64,000 nucleotides of DNA from Paraphysomonas bandaiensis (Eukaryota > Protista > Chrysophyceae). How positions within the stretch are numbered: the first letter of the stretch is position 1; every line of letters begins with the position of its first letter. The stretch is from assembly GCA_965644295.1 (NCBI GenBank), contig CBFFRP010000437.1:1-64000 (forward strand), written 5' to 3'. Of this stretch, positions 36,845-48,345 are shown one piece after another. A program made the translations under genes and the position numbers. The notes below the pieces were generated by a model. It worked only from the letters and a program-made list of their open reading frames with translations. It was not told the DNA's origin and made no database searches.

Positions 36845-37162
36845 ATCATATGAGCCTCCTTTCTAGCTTTTACACTTCACACATTGTTTATCACTGCCCT
36901 ATGGTTTTCAAAACACAAACTACCATTTCAAGATTCCTATATCACAAGTGTAAGTATAAAGTTCAGCTGTTTAATTTACTCCAACCATCTAATGTCAGTT
37001 TCGAATACTTTCAATTTAAAAGTTGATTAGATAGTTATGATATATGATTTGTCTCAAGATCTGTTGTACTACTTTCCCACAGTTACCTTCCAAGCTCTAA
37101 TTATATAATTACTAAATTGTTTTATAATAACATCTATGCGCCTTAGCAGCAACATTCGTAAT

Positions 37163-39950
37163 TTACATTCTAGATATGCGCTCGAGGTCTTCCTGTGTTA
37201 ATTCCCTTCCTTCCACGCCATCGAATGTCCCTCGCTGTTGAGGCCTCGAAGTTCGTCGCCTTCTCTGCTGTGTTTCGTCATGAAAGTCCTGTGGAGCCAG
37301 TCGAAATTCTTCTTCGTCAGCTTTTGGTTTATTACTGATTGTAATGACCGTCAAAAGAATTCCCATTACAAGCAACGCAACGGATAGGACAATAATAACA
37401 TCTCTGACATCCTTGCCAATTCCAGTTGACGAGGAATTATGCGTGCTATCTGATGTCTTATTCACTTGTGCTTCCACCACTTCACCTGATATGACTGATA
37501 CATGCGTGAAACTAGCATAACATAACAGAGCACTTACCGATAGCATACGGCTGACTACTACTTAAAGAGGTTGCGCTAACCTCAACGACATATGTAGTAT
37601 TAGGAAGAGGAGAGTCAATAACAACCATCTCGACATTATTGATATCAGAGTCGTCGTTGTTAAGCGGAAAGAGTGTTTCTGTTGGGCTGTAGACCCTCAA
37701 TGTGAGGTCGTTAACGAGGATCACAGAAGCACCCACTGTACCAATCTCATCAGTATACGCCAGTGTGACTCGGACGGTTGGCTGGGTAGCTTCAAGACCA
37801 GTCGAAAACGTATACGTATCTACCTGCCCGGCGGAATCTATAGACACATACAGCGGACTGGATGGATCAGACGCTCCACGGACAAAGAGAGTGATTGGAT
37901 CAGAAGAAGAGACTCCGAAATTTAGGACAGTGCTGAGCCTGATCTTTCCATAGCCCTAAAGAGAAGGTGAGTTCTAGTACACCACGACGGAAATACAGTA
38001 CCTGCACATTAGAGGGGTATCCCCCGGTGGACAGCTGGTAAGCACCACTGCTGTCAGTGAATGTGGAAGACTCCATACTCTGACCAGACTGTATTAGCAT
38101 AGCCTTGATAAGGGCTCCAGACGGGGAGAAAGCATCTCCGGTATTGCGGCTGCCGGACGGATACCATCCATCCCCAAAGTACTGCTGTACCAAAATTGCG
38201 GAACCTGCTGCGGTGGGTGTTGCCATCGAAGTGCCCTTCAATGCGGCTACCTCACAGTGCTCTGGGTCTGCACCAGCTATCGCCTTCGCTGCATTGGTAA
38301 ACCACCCTGTGTCAATGAAAGAAAATAAGCCCGCCCAAATCATATAGGCAGTCCTTCTTACCTGGCGCCGCAAGGTCGGGCTTCAACCTGCCGTCTTGTG
38401 TAGGTCCCTGAGACGAGAAACCAGCCATAAAGTCAGCCCCGTAGAAGTCTTTGTCAACGTCCGGACCCGCAATTGCCTTCCAGCTGTTGTGCGAGTTCAT
38501 GCTGGCCCCAACGCATATGCCATTCTTATTCGTGGCAGGAGATCCCACAGTGTTTGCTCCATTATCGCCACTATTGCCACCTGCAAACAGTACTGCACAC
38601 AATTTGAAACTAAATCTTTGTCAATCTCATACTCATACCTAGAGCATCCATATTAACCCGCATGAAGCTATCGACTGCACGAGCATCTGTTGTGTACCGA
38701 TTCGCAGTAGAGCTAGTAGATCCCCATGAGTGCGATGACACTTTAGCGCCAACATCATATAGCTTCTTCAACAGCCCATCGTTCAAATCAGAGGGAGTTG
38801 AAAGAGACTGTTAACATAATAAACTCATAAAAAGTGAGCATTCAATCACATACCCCGCTGATAGTTTCCCCAATGTCGAAGAAGGCAATCTTAGCATCCA
38901 CAGCATTTCCATCATATGCACTGTAGTCTCCATAGGGAATGCTGGATTTCCCAGCTGCTGATGAGGAAACGTGTGTACCATGTCCTTCTGAATCATCCGT
39001 ATTATCAACAAACGTATTATAATATACAACTTTTCTGTGATTGTAGTTAATGACGTCGTAAGGAGGAGCCACGGTGGGGTCATAAAATTGGCAATGATTC
39101 ATATCGATACCAGTGTCGGATACGCCCACAATGTAACCTGTCCCAGATATATTAATACTGAAAAGTGGTGTGTAGTCATCATCTCCAGTCTGGCAGAGCC
39201 CAGCGGCCCATCTATTGCTTGTTGTGAAGGGCAAGCGTTGTTCGATCCAGAGTACTTGTGGCAACTTCGATACCCGTCGAAGCGCTTCCACAATGGATCC
39301 ACATGATACCACTACAGAAGCAATACTCTCTTTCTGCGATCGCAAATGTGAAACGTCAACAGCCATGTCAATACCTGACGCAGTAGTTTTCAGAGCGTCC
39401 ATCACGACTTCCAATTCGTCCAGTGACACTGGCGCGATTGTGACAAGCAGCGTCACTGTCTCCCCAGAACAGGACGTTAAGAGCGAATGCGTGTCTCTCT
39501 CAATCTTAAGAGCTGGTAACATTGGAACAACATCAACGACAATGTCTCCATATTTTGATTTAATTTTCTTAATGGTGCCAGTGGTTGCTAGGATCTGCGC
39601 ATATTCCGGAGAAATGATGCTGTGTCCGGTAACGTCATCAGCGGACTTCAATATGCTGTGACATCGAATACCACATTTCTTAACAAATTGAACAACAAAA
39701 GGATGTTTGGAAGAGTGATGCTTGTAGTCATCCCGAGAAATGAGGTCCATATATTTATCGTGTGCTACTGATATATCAACATCTCCTGCAAAATGAAATC
39801 TGAAATAATGTCACCCTAATTACATCAAACGAATCGTGTGTGAACTGTATACCTTGCATCGTTCTGAAATATCGAATTCCACTGAGAGAGTTGTCTGATG
39901 GCAAATATATGGGTAAGTAATAAGCAGTAAACCAGAGCAGATAGCGACAT
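37163..39950 (-). CDS. Subtilisin-like serine protease (S8A, KP-43-like), multi-exon, signal peptide, TM helix and cytoplasmic tail
   Basis: ATG at 39950 (MSLSALVYCLLL). Motifs VGVSDTGID, GHGTHVSSSAAG, FAGGNSG, DGRLKPDLAAPG, KGTSMATP, NNVEMV; TM VIIVLSVALLVMGILLTVITI. Confidence 0.92.
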
Positions 39951-41439
39951 CTCTCAGGAAAATAAATGGAGGTACTAAGGGGCTTTGGATGGGTCTTAAA
40001 TGAAATTGTTATGCACAGTATGGGTCATATAATATAGTGGTCAGAGTATAACACTGACTGGCTGACCTCGACCTTACAAGCTTATAAGTATATACTTCGT
40101 AATAAATTTAATGCTTTAAAATAATAATGGATGTAATTGGATATAAAGTACGTATTCTCAGGGAAACAGAGCGGCAAAACCCCAAATTATTATTGAGTAA
40201 TACAGCAGTTCAACACAATTTCGGTATCAAAAAAACTCCACTTTTGGGTTTAACTGGAGGTTTATGAAATTTTTGGCTGGACGAGAAGAATATTATTCGA
40301 CGATTCGGAGGGTCGTATACCATGGTATACCCTATATCTAGATATCAGATATATGTATACATATATTCTTTTTTTTATAAATATACGACGTACAATACAC
40401 ATCTACACATACGTTTAAAGTTGAACTGAAAACACACAATACAAAATCTCAACAACTAAACAGACAGTTCGAGTACTTAGTAACCGCAGCTCTCTTCCGC
40501 TTTCCTACAATCACATTCTTTGACTCTACATTTCCACCTTCCCATTCAATAATTGAGGGCAATAAATGGCCATCGTCCTTAATGTCAAGTTCTAATTCTA
40601 ATACTATGTCCTTATTATACTATATAGTAAATAATTGCAATTTGATTGCAACTTTCCAGCGAGCAATTAAAAATTGCAATTATTACGTATATTATCATAA
40701 GTCTGTGGCGCGACCAAACCTGAAGGTCAAATGGGGGCCACCTGCTGGTCAAATAACTACTATTTTGCTACTATTGAGAAAGTTAATGATAATAACGAAG
40801 AGGCTGCAATATAGAGACTTGGCAATGCCGGGTGTCATGTAGGAAAAGGTGTTTCGAAGCGAAAGAAGGGTTATGTGGGTAGAGCAACCTGTCGCAGCAT
40901 GCCATCACACATGATGGACGAAAAGATAAAGTTTTGGCTGCCTAGCGAGGTGGTGGTGCGGTTGATAAATATGTCGAGCGCAAGTATTACCTCAAGCTCG
41001 ACCTCCGCGACGTTCGGATATTGTTTGAGGAATTCACCATAAGGCACCCGAACCATAAGGCACCCGATTATCGAGCGTCACCTGGGCGACAATAATGTTG
41101 TTGGATATCCGAGTTAATCACTGACTCTTAAAAGCCTATATTGCTAATAATAAGACATTCACTACTACTATCTACCTATAGATAGATGCTAACGCACATT
41201 GCCATCTATATAGCTATATAGTACGTGCAGGTGCTAGCGCACATTATCTAAGTAAGGTACCGGACAGATATAGCCTATCTACCTAATAGTACCACTCAGA
41301 TAAAGACTGTGCCTGTCTTGTCACCGCATGGTTATTTCCAGCGGTACATAGTACGGCTTCAGCCTTTAGACAGTACAACGATAAACTATATTGACTATCA
41401 GTGTATACTTGCGTATTGTATGAGGAATGCCATATATAT

Positions 41440-41938
41440 TGAAAGTCTTATTATTAGCAATAGGCATTAAAAACCTGCCCCAACTTAGTAGCTAGATGAA
41501 TGCTAGACAAACTAGCTAGACCTCAACCTGTAACTAATCAGTACACACTTTTTTATCCTACTATTTAACGCTACGGAAGCTGCTTGTGCGTCGCCGCAAG
41601 CACCAAGGTCGACCACTTCCGCTCTGAGTTCTCAAGGTGAACATCCCGGATGCTTGACTTCAGCAGGCAGCCCAGTACCCCGGTTACCCTTCAGGTGGCC
41701 CTGTCCCGGATGCCCTTGAGGTGGGCCCATTCCCGGATGCCTGTTTATTTGTCAGGACCCAAAGACGTCTACACAAGTGACACTTATTGGTGTTACCACA
41801 CAAGCATTCGGCCATGAGTGGGCAGAAGAATATCTGCTGACTATGTTTGCGGCTCATGTTAGTTTCTAAGAGAGAATCTCTCCGGTACTTATACCCCAGA
41901 ACACCACGAAAAGGTGCGAGTCCGACTTTGTTGAGGGG
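41440..41938 (+). repeat. Dispersed repeat family A, copy 5 (inverted terminal fragment at ~41120-41170; partial copy 6 at 42766-42890)
   Basis: Collinear with 19045-19505, with a small internal duplication at ~41690-41740. Confidence 0.9.
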
Positions 41939-43911
41939 AGGAATGCCATAATAAACGAAACAGCGAAATAAAATGAGTAATCTGATACTGTATTTCCTGA
42001 GAGTCTACTGCTTATATATATTATACTCCATAACAACATCCTAATATAAGAATACCTTATTATTATAACAACATGATAACGCAGGGCCAGTCAAAATATA
42101 ATGGACAGCTCAAAATATGGTGTAACACGCGATTTAAATCGAGCAACACCCAGCGAAAGCCACGGGTCCTCCGCTTACCCTTCCCACACTCTATATATAC
42201 ATATTGCAATTAATTATTTTTGCTTGTGATGCAATAATATATTATTATTTTAGCAAAGTGTGGCCTCGTAATAATATATTGCAATATATATATTGATATA
42301 TATATATACTTGCTCATGCTACTGTGTCTTAGAAAATATACTTGATTAATCATAAACGACTCTTCACAATAATCACATAACTCATCTACTATTCAAACAT
42401 CATAATAATACCTACCTGCAACGAAGAACACAAGTCATGTTCAATATTACAAATCGTACTGTCAAGCTATTCACCTAATATAATAAACTCCAAACTGAGT
42501 TTAAATTGATGCTGTCATCCTCATACAAATATGTTTTTCTTATAACCTGTAATAGAATGCCAGTCCAAACAGTCAGTAATCAAGTGCCAGTAAAATGATC
42601 ATCATATCTGCCCAAACTATAATAATAATACTAAACTATTACTGTACAGTATATACGGTTCCAAACTATTCGGGCATCATCTCTTCTTTCGTATAATATA
42701 ATATATATGTGCAATATGTATGTACAAAAATATCAGTTGAGTGTGGCACTTACAGTAGTACTATATGGGTAACCGGGGTATTGGGCTGCCTGCTGAAGAT
42801 AAGCATCCGGGATGTTCAAAAAATCTGAAGTCAGCAGATGTCAGGTATATCAACATTCTGCTTGCTCAGTGCGTTTACTTTGAGTGATTGATGCCGAGTA
42901 TGAGTTCACAGTATTCGGTATCTGTGTGGCCAATGACCGAGAATATGCGTCAAACTTTCCTCATGGATGCATGATTGCAATAATGGCAATGTGATTAGAC
43001 CTGTCATGTCTTCTCACACGTCTACTGCCTATTCTTGGTTTCTCCTGACCCAGGTCATTGAGATTATATCAAGGCTCTGGCACTGTTCTCCAAGCAGTGT
43101 CAGGTACATTTGCGTGTGCTTTTATGTTATTCTTACTCTCATTTGTACGTTTCATCCGAGCGGAGAACGTGCATGGTTATTTCTACTATATAGTGTAAGT
43201 CAGTCGCGAGAAGAGTGCAAGGTGGATGCATGTGCTGGACGAGTGTACATTTATTTAATGAATGGAAGACATTGAAGTCAGCTTGAATTTGTAACAGATT
43301 TTGGTAGACATCTGTTTCATGCGTCGTGAGACCGTTCGTGACCGTAAGTCGAGGTAATACCAAAACCTGGTGAAGCAATTTCACCAGGTTTCATATTATA
43401 TATATATTATATATATAAGTATTGAGTTATTATTTTACTGTAATTTGTATCTGAGAGGTTAAAGATAAAGTCGCAAGTATAATTGTTATTAGCAGTATTT
43501 ATTGCGTTACAAGTTGGCCCTGCTACTTGTGTTTAGTTTTGTAATATATCATATTCTCATAAAATATAGCTATATCTGCCTCGCTTGAGCCTGATTTTGG
43601 ATACATTGCATACGCATAATATATATATATATATATAGCTATCTTCACCACTACTACTTACAGTAGTATTAGTACCTATGCTCGGAAACGACGCGGCAAC
43701 AGCCGCTGGGGGCACATTACTAGTAGGTGGATAATCATAAGCAGTTGGAGGATCATCCGCAGGTAGTAGTGGATCATCATTATTTCTTCTCATAAAACGA
43801 TCACGTAGTTCTGCTAGACCGGACATCAATTCCTGACGAAGTTCAGCAACAGTGGGAGGTATCAGATCTGCTTTCTGCTGGGATTCAACGGCCCCGTCAT
43901 CATCTTTATGA

Positions 43912-44545
43912 GCAGTATTACTTACCCTGCTCGTGCGCTTTCGTGGTATCTCTTCCTCCGCCTCCGGGTCGTCGTTGGATATTATGTCGCCACGAATGTT
44001 GACGACGACATTCTTCTTCCCGTTGCACTCCTCCTACACATCATATACATACACTGTTAGTACACAGTGCATAGTAACAACAACACACAACAATAATCAG
44101 AATAATATACCGCATATTATATACGAAATACGACCCCGTCACTATCTTTATAAACAGTATTACTTACCCTGCTCGTGCGCTTTTCGTGGTATCTCTTCCT
44201 CCGCCTCCGGGTCGTCGTGGGATATGTTGCCACGAATGTTGACGACGACATTAATTCTTCTTCCCGTTGCACTTCTCCTACACCATCATAATATATATTA
44301 TATACATACACTGTTAGTACAGTGTATATATAGTAACAACACACAACAATAATCAGAATAATATACCGCATATTATATACAAAATACGACCCCGTCACTA
44401 TCTTTATAAACAGTATTACTTAATACCCTGCTCGTGCGCTTTTCGTGGTAGTATCTCTTCCTCCGCCTCCGGGTCGTCGTTGGATATAATATGTCGCCAC
44501 GAATGTTGACGACGACATTCTTCTTCCCGATGCACTTCTCCCACG
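43912..44545 (-). repeat. Tandem triplication of a ~240-bp exon+intron unit
   Basis: Three copies of TTACCCTGCTCGTGCGCTTT..CTCCGCCTCCGGGTCGTCG..CCACGAATGTTGACGACGACATT. Confidence 0.9.
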
Positions 44546-46199
44546 GTGGGAGGACCCCGGCACTAGTAGAGCTACTCCACTCTCCCCTCCAGACAACCTG
44601 CTGCAGTGAACACCACCTTGAAGAGGGCCTAAAAGTCTGCCGCATAATATACAGGAGACATATATATATATGCCGAAGACACCGACCGCAAGTTGTTTGT
44701 GTTAGGACAAGTAGATTGGGCATGAGCGTATGAGTGTTACACGCAACTCGTTGTATGCCCATGTAGCTAACTAAGTCGTGTTGTGTATAGTTGAGCACTT
44801 TTTCCGGTGCATGCACCAGTAACTACAGATGAGAGTCCTTCTATGCTTAGTGTCGCGTGAGTTGTTAGTAGGTTGGTTGCTGCAACAACGCACAAGCTTG
44901 CGCTTCTTCTTAATAATCAGATTTTCAATTATACTAACACCACTACTACGTAGTTACTACCGATCGAGCTCATTTCTTCTTCTTTCTTCTTACCGCCGAA
45001 TATATAATATCAAGATAATATACTATATTGCAATAAGTAAACAATATAATATTATGCAAACGTGGGAAAAGAATTTCCACATTCTTGACGTGCATTCCTT
45101 GTTGTTAAAACTAGCTAGTTACTAGAGTGCTAATAAATTGTTCTCTGCATTTGTATTGATATAATAATATAATATAATAATATTATATTATTGACTAATA
45201 TGGAAAATTAATATTATTTTCAGTATAAATATGGGCTCAACTAACCGTTTGACTACTATATGTACGTGAATGAGCTACAAAAACTAGTTCTAGCTAGTTA
45301 GGCATTATTGTATAAACATAACACCACATAATCATGTTGTATCGAGAGATATAGTAGTGTATCACGTGTATGTATGTGTAGGCGTTGTGTGATGGCTATA
45401 ATATGTTATTATACAGTTATGCTGCTGCTATATATGTGTGTTCTTTTGTGTAGCTGAGTGAATGTACGTATGCATAGCGGTACATTGTTATATATGCTAC
45501 ACTTGTGTTCTATCGTTGCGCAAAAGTGAATGCTAGGCTCATGTTGTGTCGAGACATTGTAGTGTATCACGTGTGTAGGCGTTGTGTGATGGCTATATGT
45601 TGAACGTGTATTGGCGTTTTATTATCATGGCTATTACTGTGGTAGTAGTATTAGGGCAGACAACGTAGTTACTGGTAACAGAGGAAACGTGCTGTTGATG
45701 TGTCCTATATAAGACCTAAATATTAATAAAAATATTTATTAACACTATACTATTGCATTCAAGCACTTTTAGAACCATTCTACAACAATTCTTAAAAGTC
45801 TCTAGTAAAATGTACTATATTTTCTCAAATTTTTGAAAATTTCCCACATTTGCATATTGTTTACTACTTAATATATATAATATATTGCAACATATTATTT
45901 AATAATAATAGTTATTATAAGTCGATGGTAAGTAAAAACCTGGTCTAAGTACTAGAATCTGGTCAAACTACTACTTTTGTGTACGAATATGTAAAACGAA
46001 CATGGAGAACGTGTTGTGATGAGTGCATATCGTCTTGGAATCGCTTTGTGTTACTGTGTTGCATTATATTTTAAAAGGATATTTTATTCTGGCCGTATTT
46101 CTGAGTACTATAAGTGTAGTTACGTAACTACTTATAATCAATAATCATTATTGCTTTTTATAAAAACAAATTACATAATAATATATATATAACATAATA

Positions 46200-46430
46200 T
46201 AACAATTATCACTACCTTCGATTTCTTTTCCCACTGATAACAACATTAAAATACCATATATAATGTTCCTGTATCTCTCAATTTCTCACTCTCACTGACA
46301 ATAACCATTTCATAATATATAAACAATTATCACTACCTTCGCTTTCTTTTCCCAACGATCACATTACTACCATCTAATGCCCCTGTATCTTTCCATTTCT
46401 CACTCTCACTGACAATAACCATTTCATAAG
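46200..46430. repeat. ~120-bp tandem duplication
   Basis: AACAATTATCACTACCTTCG...TTTCTCACTCTCACTGACAATAACCATTTCATAA occurs twice. Confidence 0.85.
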
Positions 46431-46517
46431 TAGGTCGTCGTGTATTCTTTGAAGTTGTTCTGACAGTTTCTAGATTACAAAAAAGTTAATTAACACTAAT
46501 AACTATAACATGCGACG

Positions 46518-46803
46518 TACCTTTGCATGGCTTCAGAAATCGTTGTTTCACTCCTTCGTCTGTTCCATGCAATGCCTGAATGTACTTGATGTCGTAAGTG
46601 CCGTTCCTATTTACTGATTGCACAGTGGCAACTAGCCCATGAGTGGTTCTCACTTTCTGGCCCACTTCAAAACGAAGTTCACTGAAATTTACTCCACCAC
46701 CATCCTCCAAATATTCAGTCAAGTCAGTCAAATCGTCTCCACATTCGTCGGAACTGTCATTGCAATCATCAGCAAGAAGTAGAAGAAGGGTTGAAAGCAG
46801 CAT
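46518..46803 (-). pseudogene. Exon-like fragment encoding a Tudor/SH3-like barrel
   Basis: FEVGQKVRT..ATVQSVNRNGTYDIKY..EGVKQRFLKP, followed by a GT donor; lies inside the hAT-like element. Confidence 0.45.
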
Positions 46804-48345
46804 TTGATCTCAGCAGCAAGAAGAGGCTTAGAAAGCGAAAGGCCTCTGTTCGATTTGCGGATGAAAATTTCAGTTCTGGCACTGGCAAGAAACCGAGAAA
46901 AAAAGCAAACAAACCAAGTCAGCGTGCTGTTGCGGTACGTATATACAACTGAATTAATTTTGTTATAACTGACCATAAAATATCTTGTGTAATACAGAAG
47001 AAGGCTGTTAGTGCAGTTGCTGCAACGGAAAATGATGAGAGAGATCGTGGCGAAGATGATCCTGTTATCATTGTCAAGCCAGCAGAGCCAAAGCGTCAAC
47101 ATCAAGCAAGAAACACTCTTCCAAAGAAACCAGATATTCAAGAAGAATTGGAGGCCCAGAAACGGCGAACTGCTGAATTGGAGCAGTTGCTGATGAGTAA
47201 GACTCAGCCAACGAAAGCTTCTGCCCCTGCTGCTGTTGTGGGTGATAACTCTTTGTCTACGCAGACTACTGAAGTTCATCAGCGGACACCCTCTGCTGTA
47301 GGTCACAGTTACGAAATGACTCAACCGCCAATTTCTCTTCATGCGATGAATGCGATTAGATATGTTGAAAATGTAAAATTTGCAGATGCATTGCGCATGG
47401 CAGATCAGAATGCCTACTTGCAGCGGGAAAATATTATTTTGAAACAGTCAATGTTTGGTAGTGGCAATCAGTAAGTAGTAGTAGTGATGTAACGATTTCG
47501 TAGTGACATAATCTTATTATAATATAATAAATGTTTAGAATTAGTCCAATTATCGTGTTATTTGCTAGTATATACCAGACTTTCTCAAATATACCCTATA
47601 TATATAGTACACATCACCTGGTCAAAGTACTTGACCAGGTTTTTACCTACCATCGACTTTATATTAGTCTTGAAAATATTATTATTATTTTTTTTGCTGG
47701 CAATATATTGCAATATATTGTTGACTGGCCCTGTGAGAACGCTTGTGACTAGAATCTATGTCTAGTGATGGATCACAATCGTCTCGGGACAACTAGGGAT
47801 AGTTTGTAGAATACAAGGGGTTCTTTAGGAGTTGTATTGTGCTTTGAAAGCTGGCAATGAATGATAAGCGAGATTGATCATAATTCTTAACTCAAGCATT
47901 GAGTGTACAACCTTACGTTCTGTTATTTAAGTCTGAACCACCTAATTATGTCAAATCCTGACAATATCTTCTGATTTGATCATGACTACTAGCTACCTCT
48001 CATCTTATATTACATAATACTACCTACACTACTTCATCCATCTCCTTGTACCTTAATAGCTTTTCATAAATCACCCATTTTAGCTACAATAAAACTATCT
48101 TACTCTCAACTTGTGACTTACAATTGCGTCACCTCAAGCGTGAGAGCTCAAAAATCAATTATTAGTCATAAGGTAGTAACTCTAACATGACATCATAGAT
48201 AGCAACTTCTGTACGTGGCTACTACTTTACGAAACGTTAAAGTTGTAAGCTGGGAACGTACTGGTTATTGAGTGCGTACGGAAGAAATCTCAAAGAAGTA
48301 CTATCTATTGTGATAATCCAAACATGAAACCAACACGCGATTAAC

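Larger units (their letters stand above)
42082..47733. mobile_element. 5.65-kb non-autonomous hAT-like element with TIRs and 8-bp TSD, carrying gene fragments
   Basis: TIRs CAGGGCCAGTCAA (42082) and TTGACTGGCCCTG (47733); flanks TGATAACG (42074-42081) and TGAGAACG (47734-47741), a 7/8 match. No intact transposase inside. Confidence 0.75.

Noticed and set aside
34286-36852. Single intact TIR element with TSD
   Set aside because: Flanks ATATTCAT and ATCATATG do not match, and both termini are the same (3') end of the family.
41036-41067. ACCATAAGGCACCCGA direct repeat (x2)
   Set aside because: Isolated 16-bp local duplication in decayed sequence with no supporting context.
43912-44545. Repeat-spacer-like periodicity suggesting a CRISPR array
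   Set aside because: Units are ~240 bp, the 'spacers' are themselves repeated, the context is eukaryotic and there are no cas genes.
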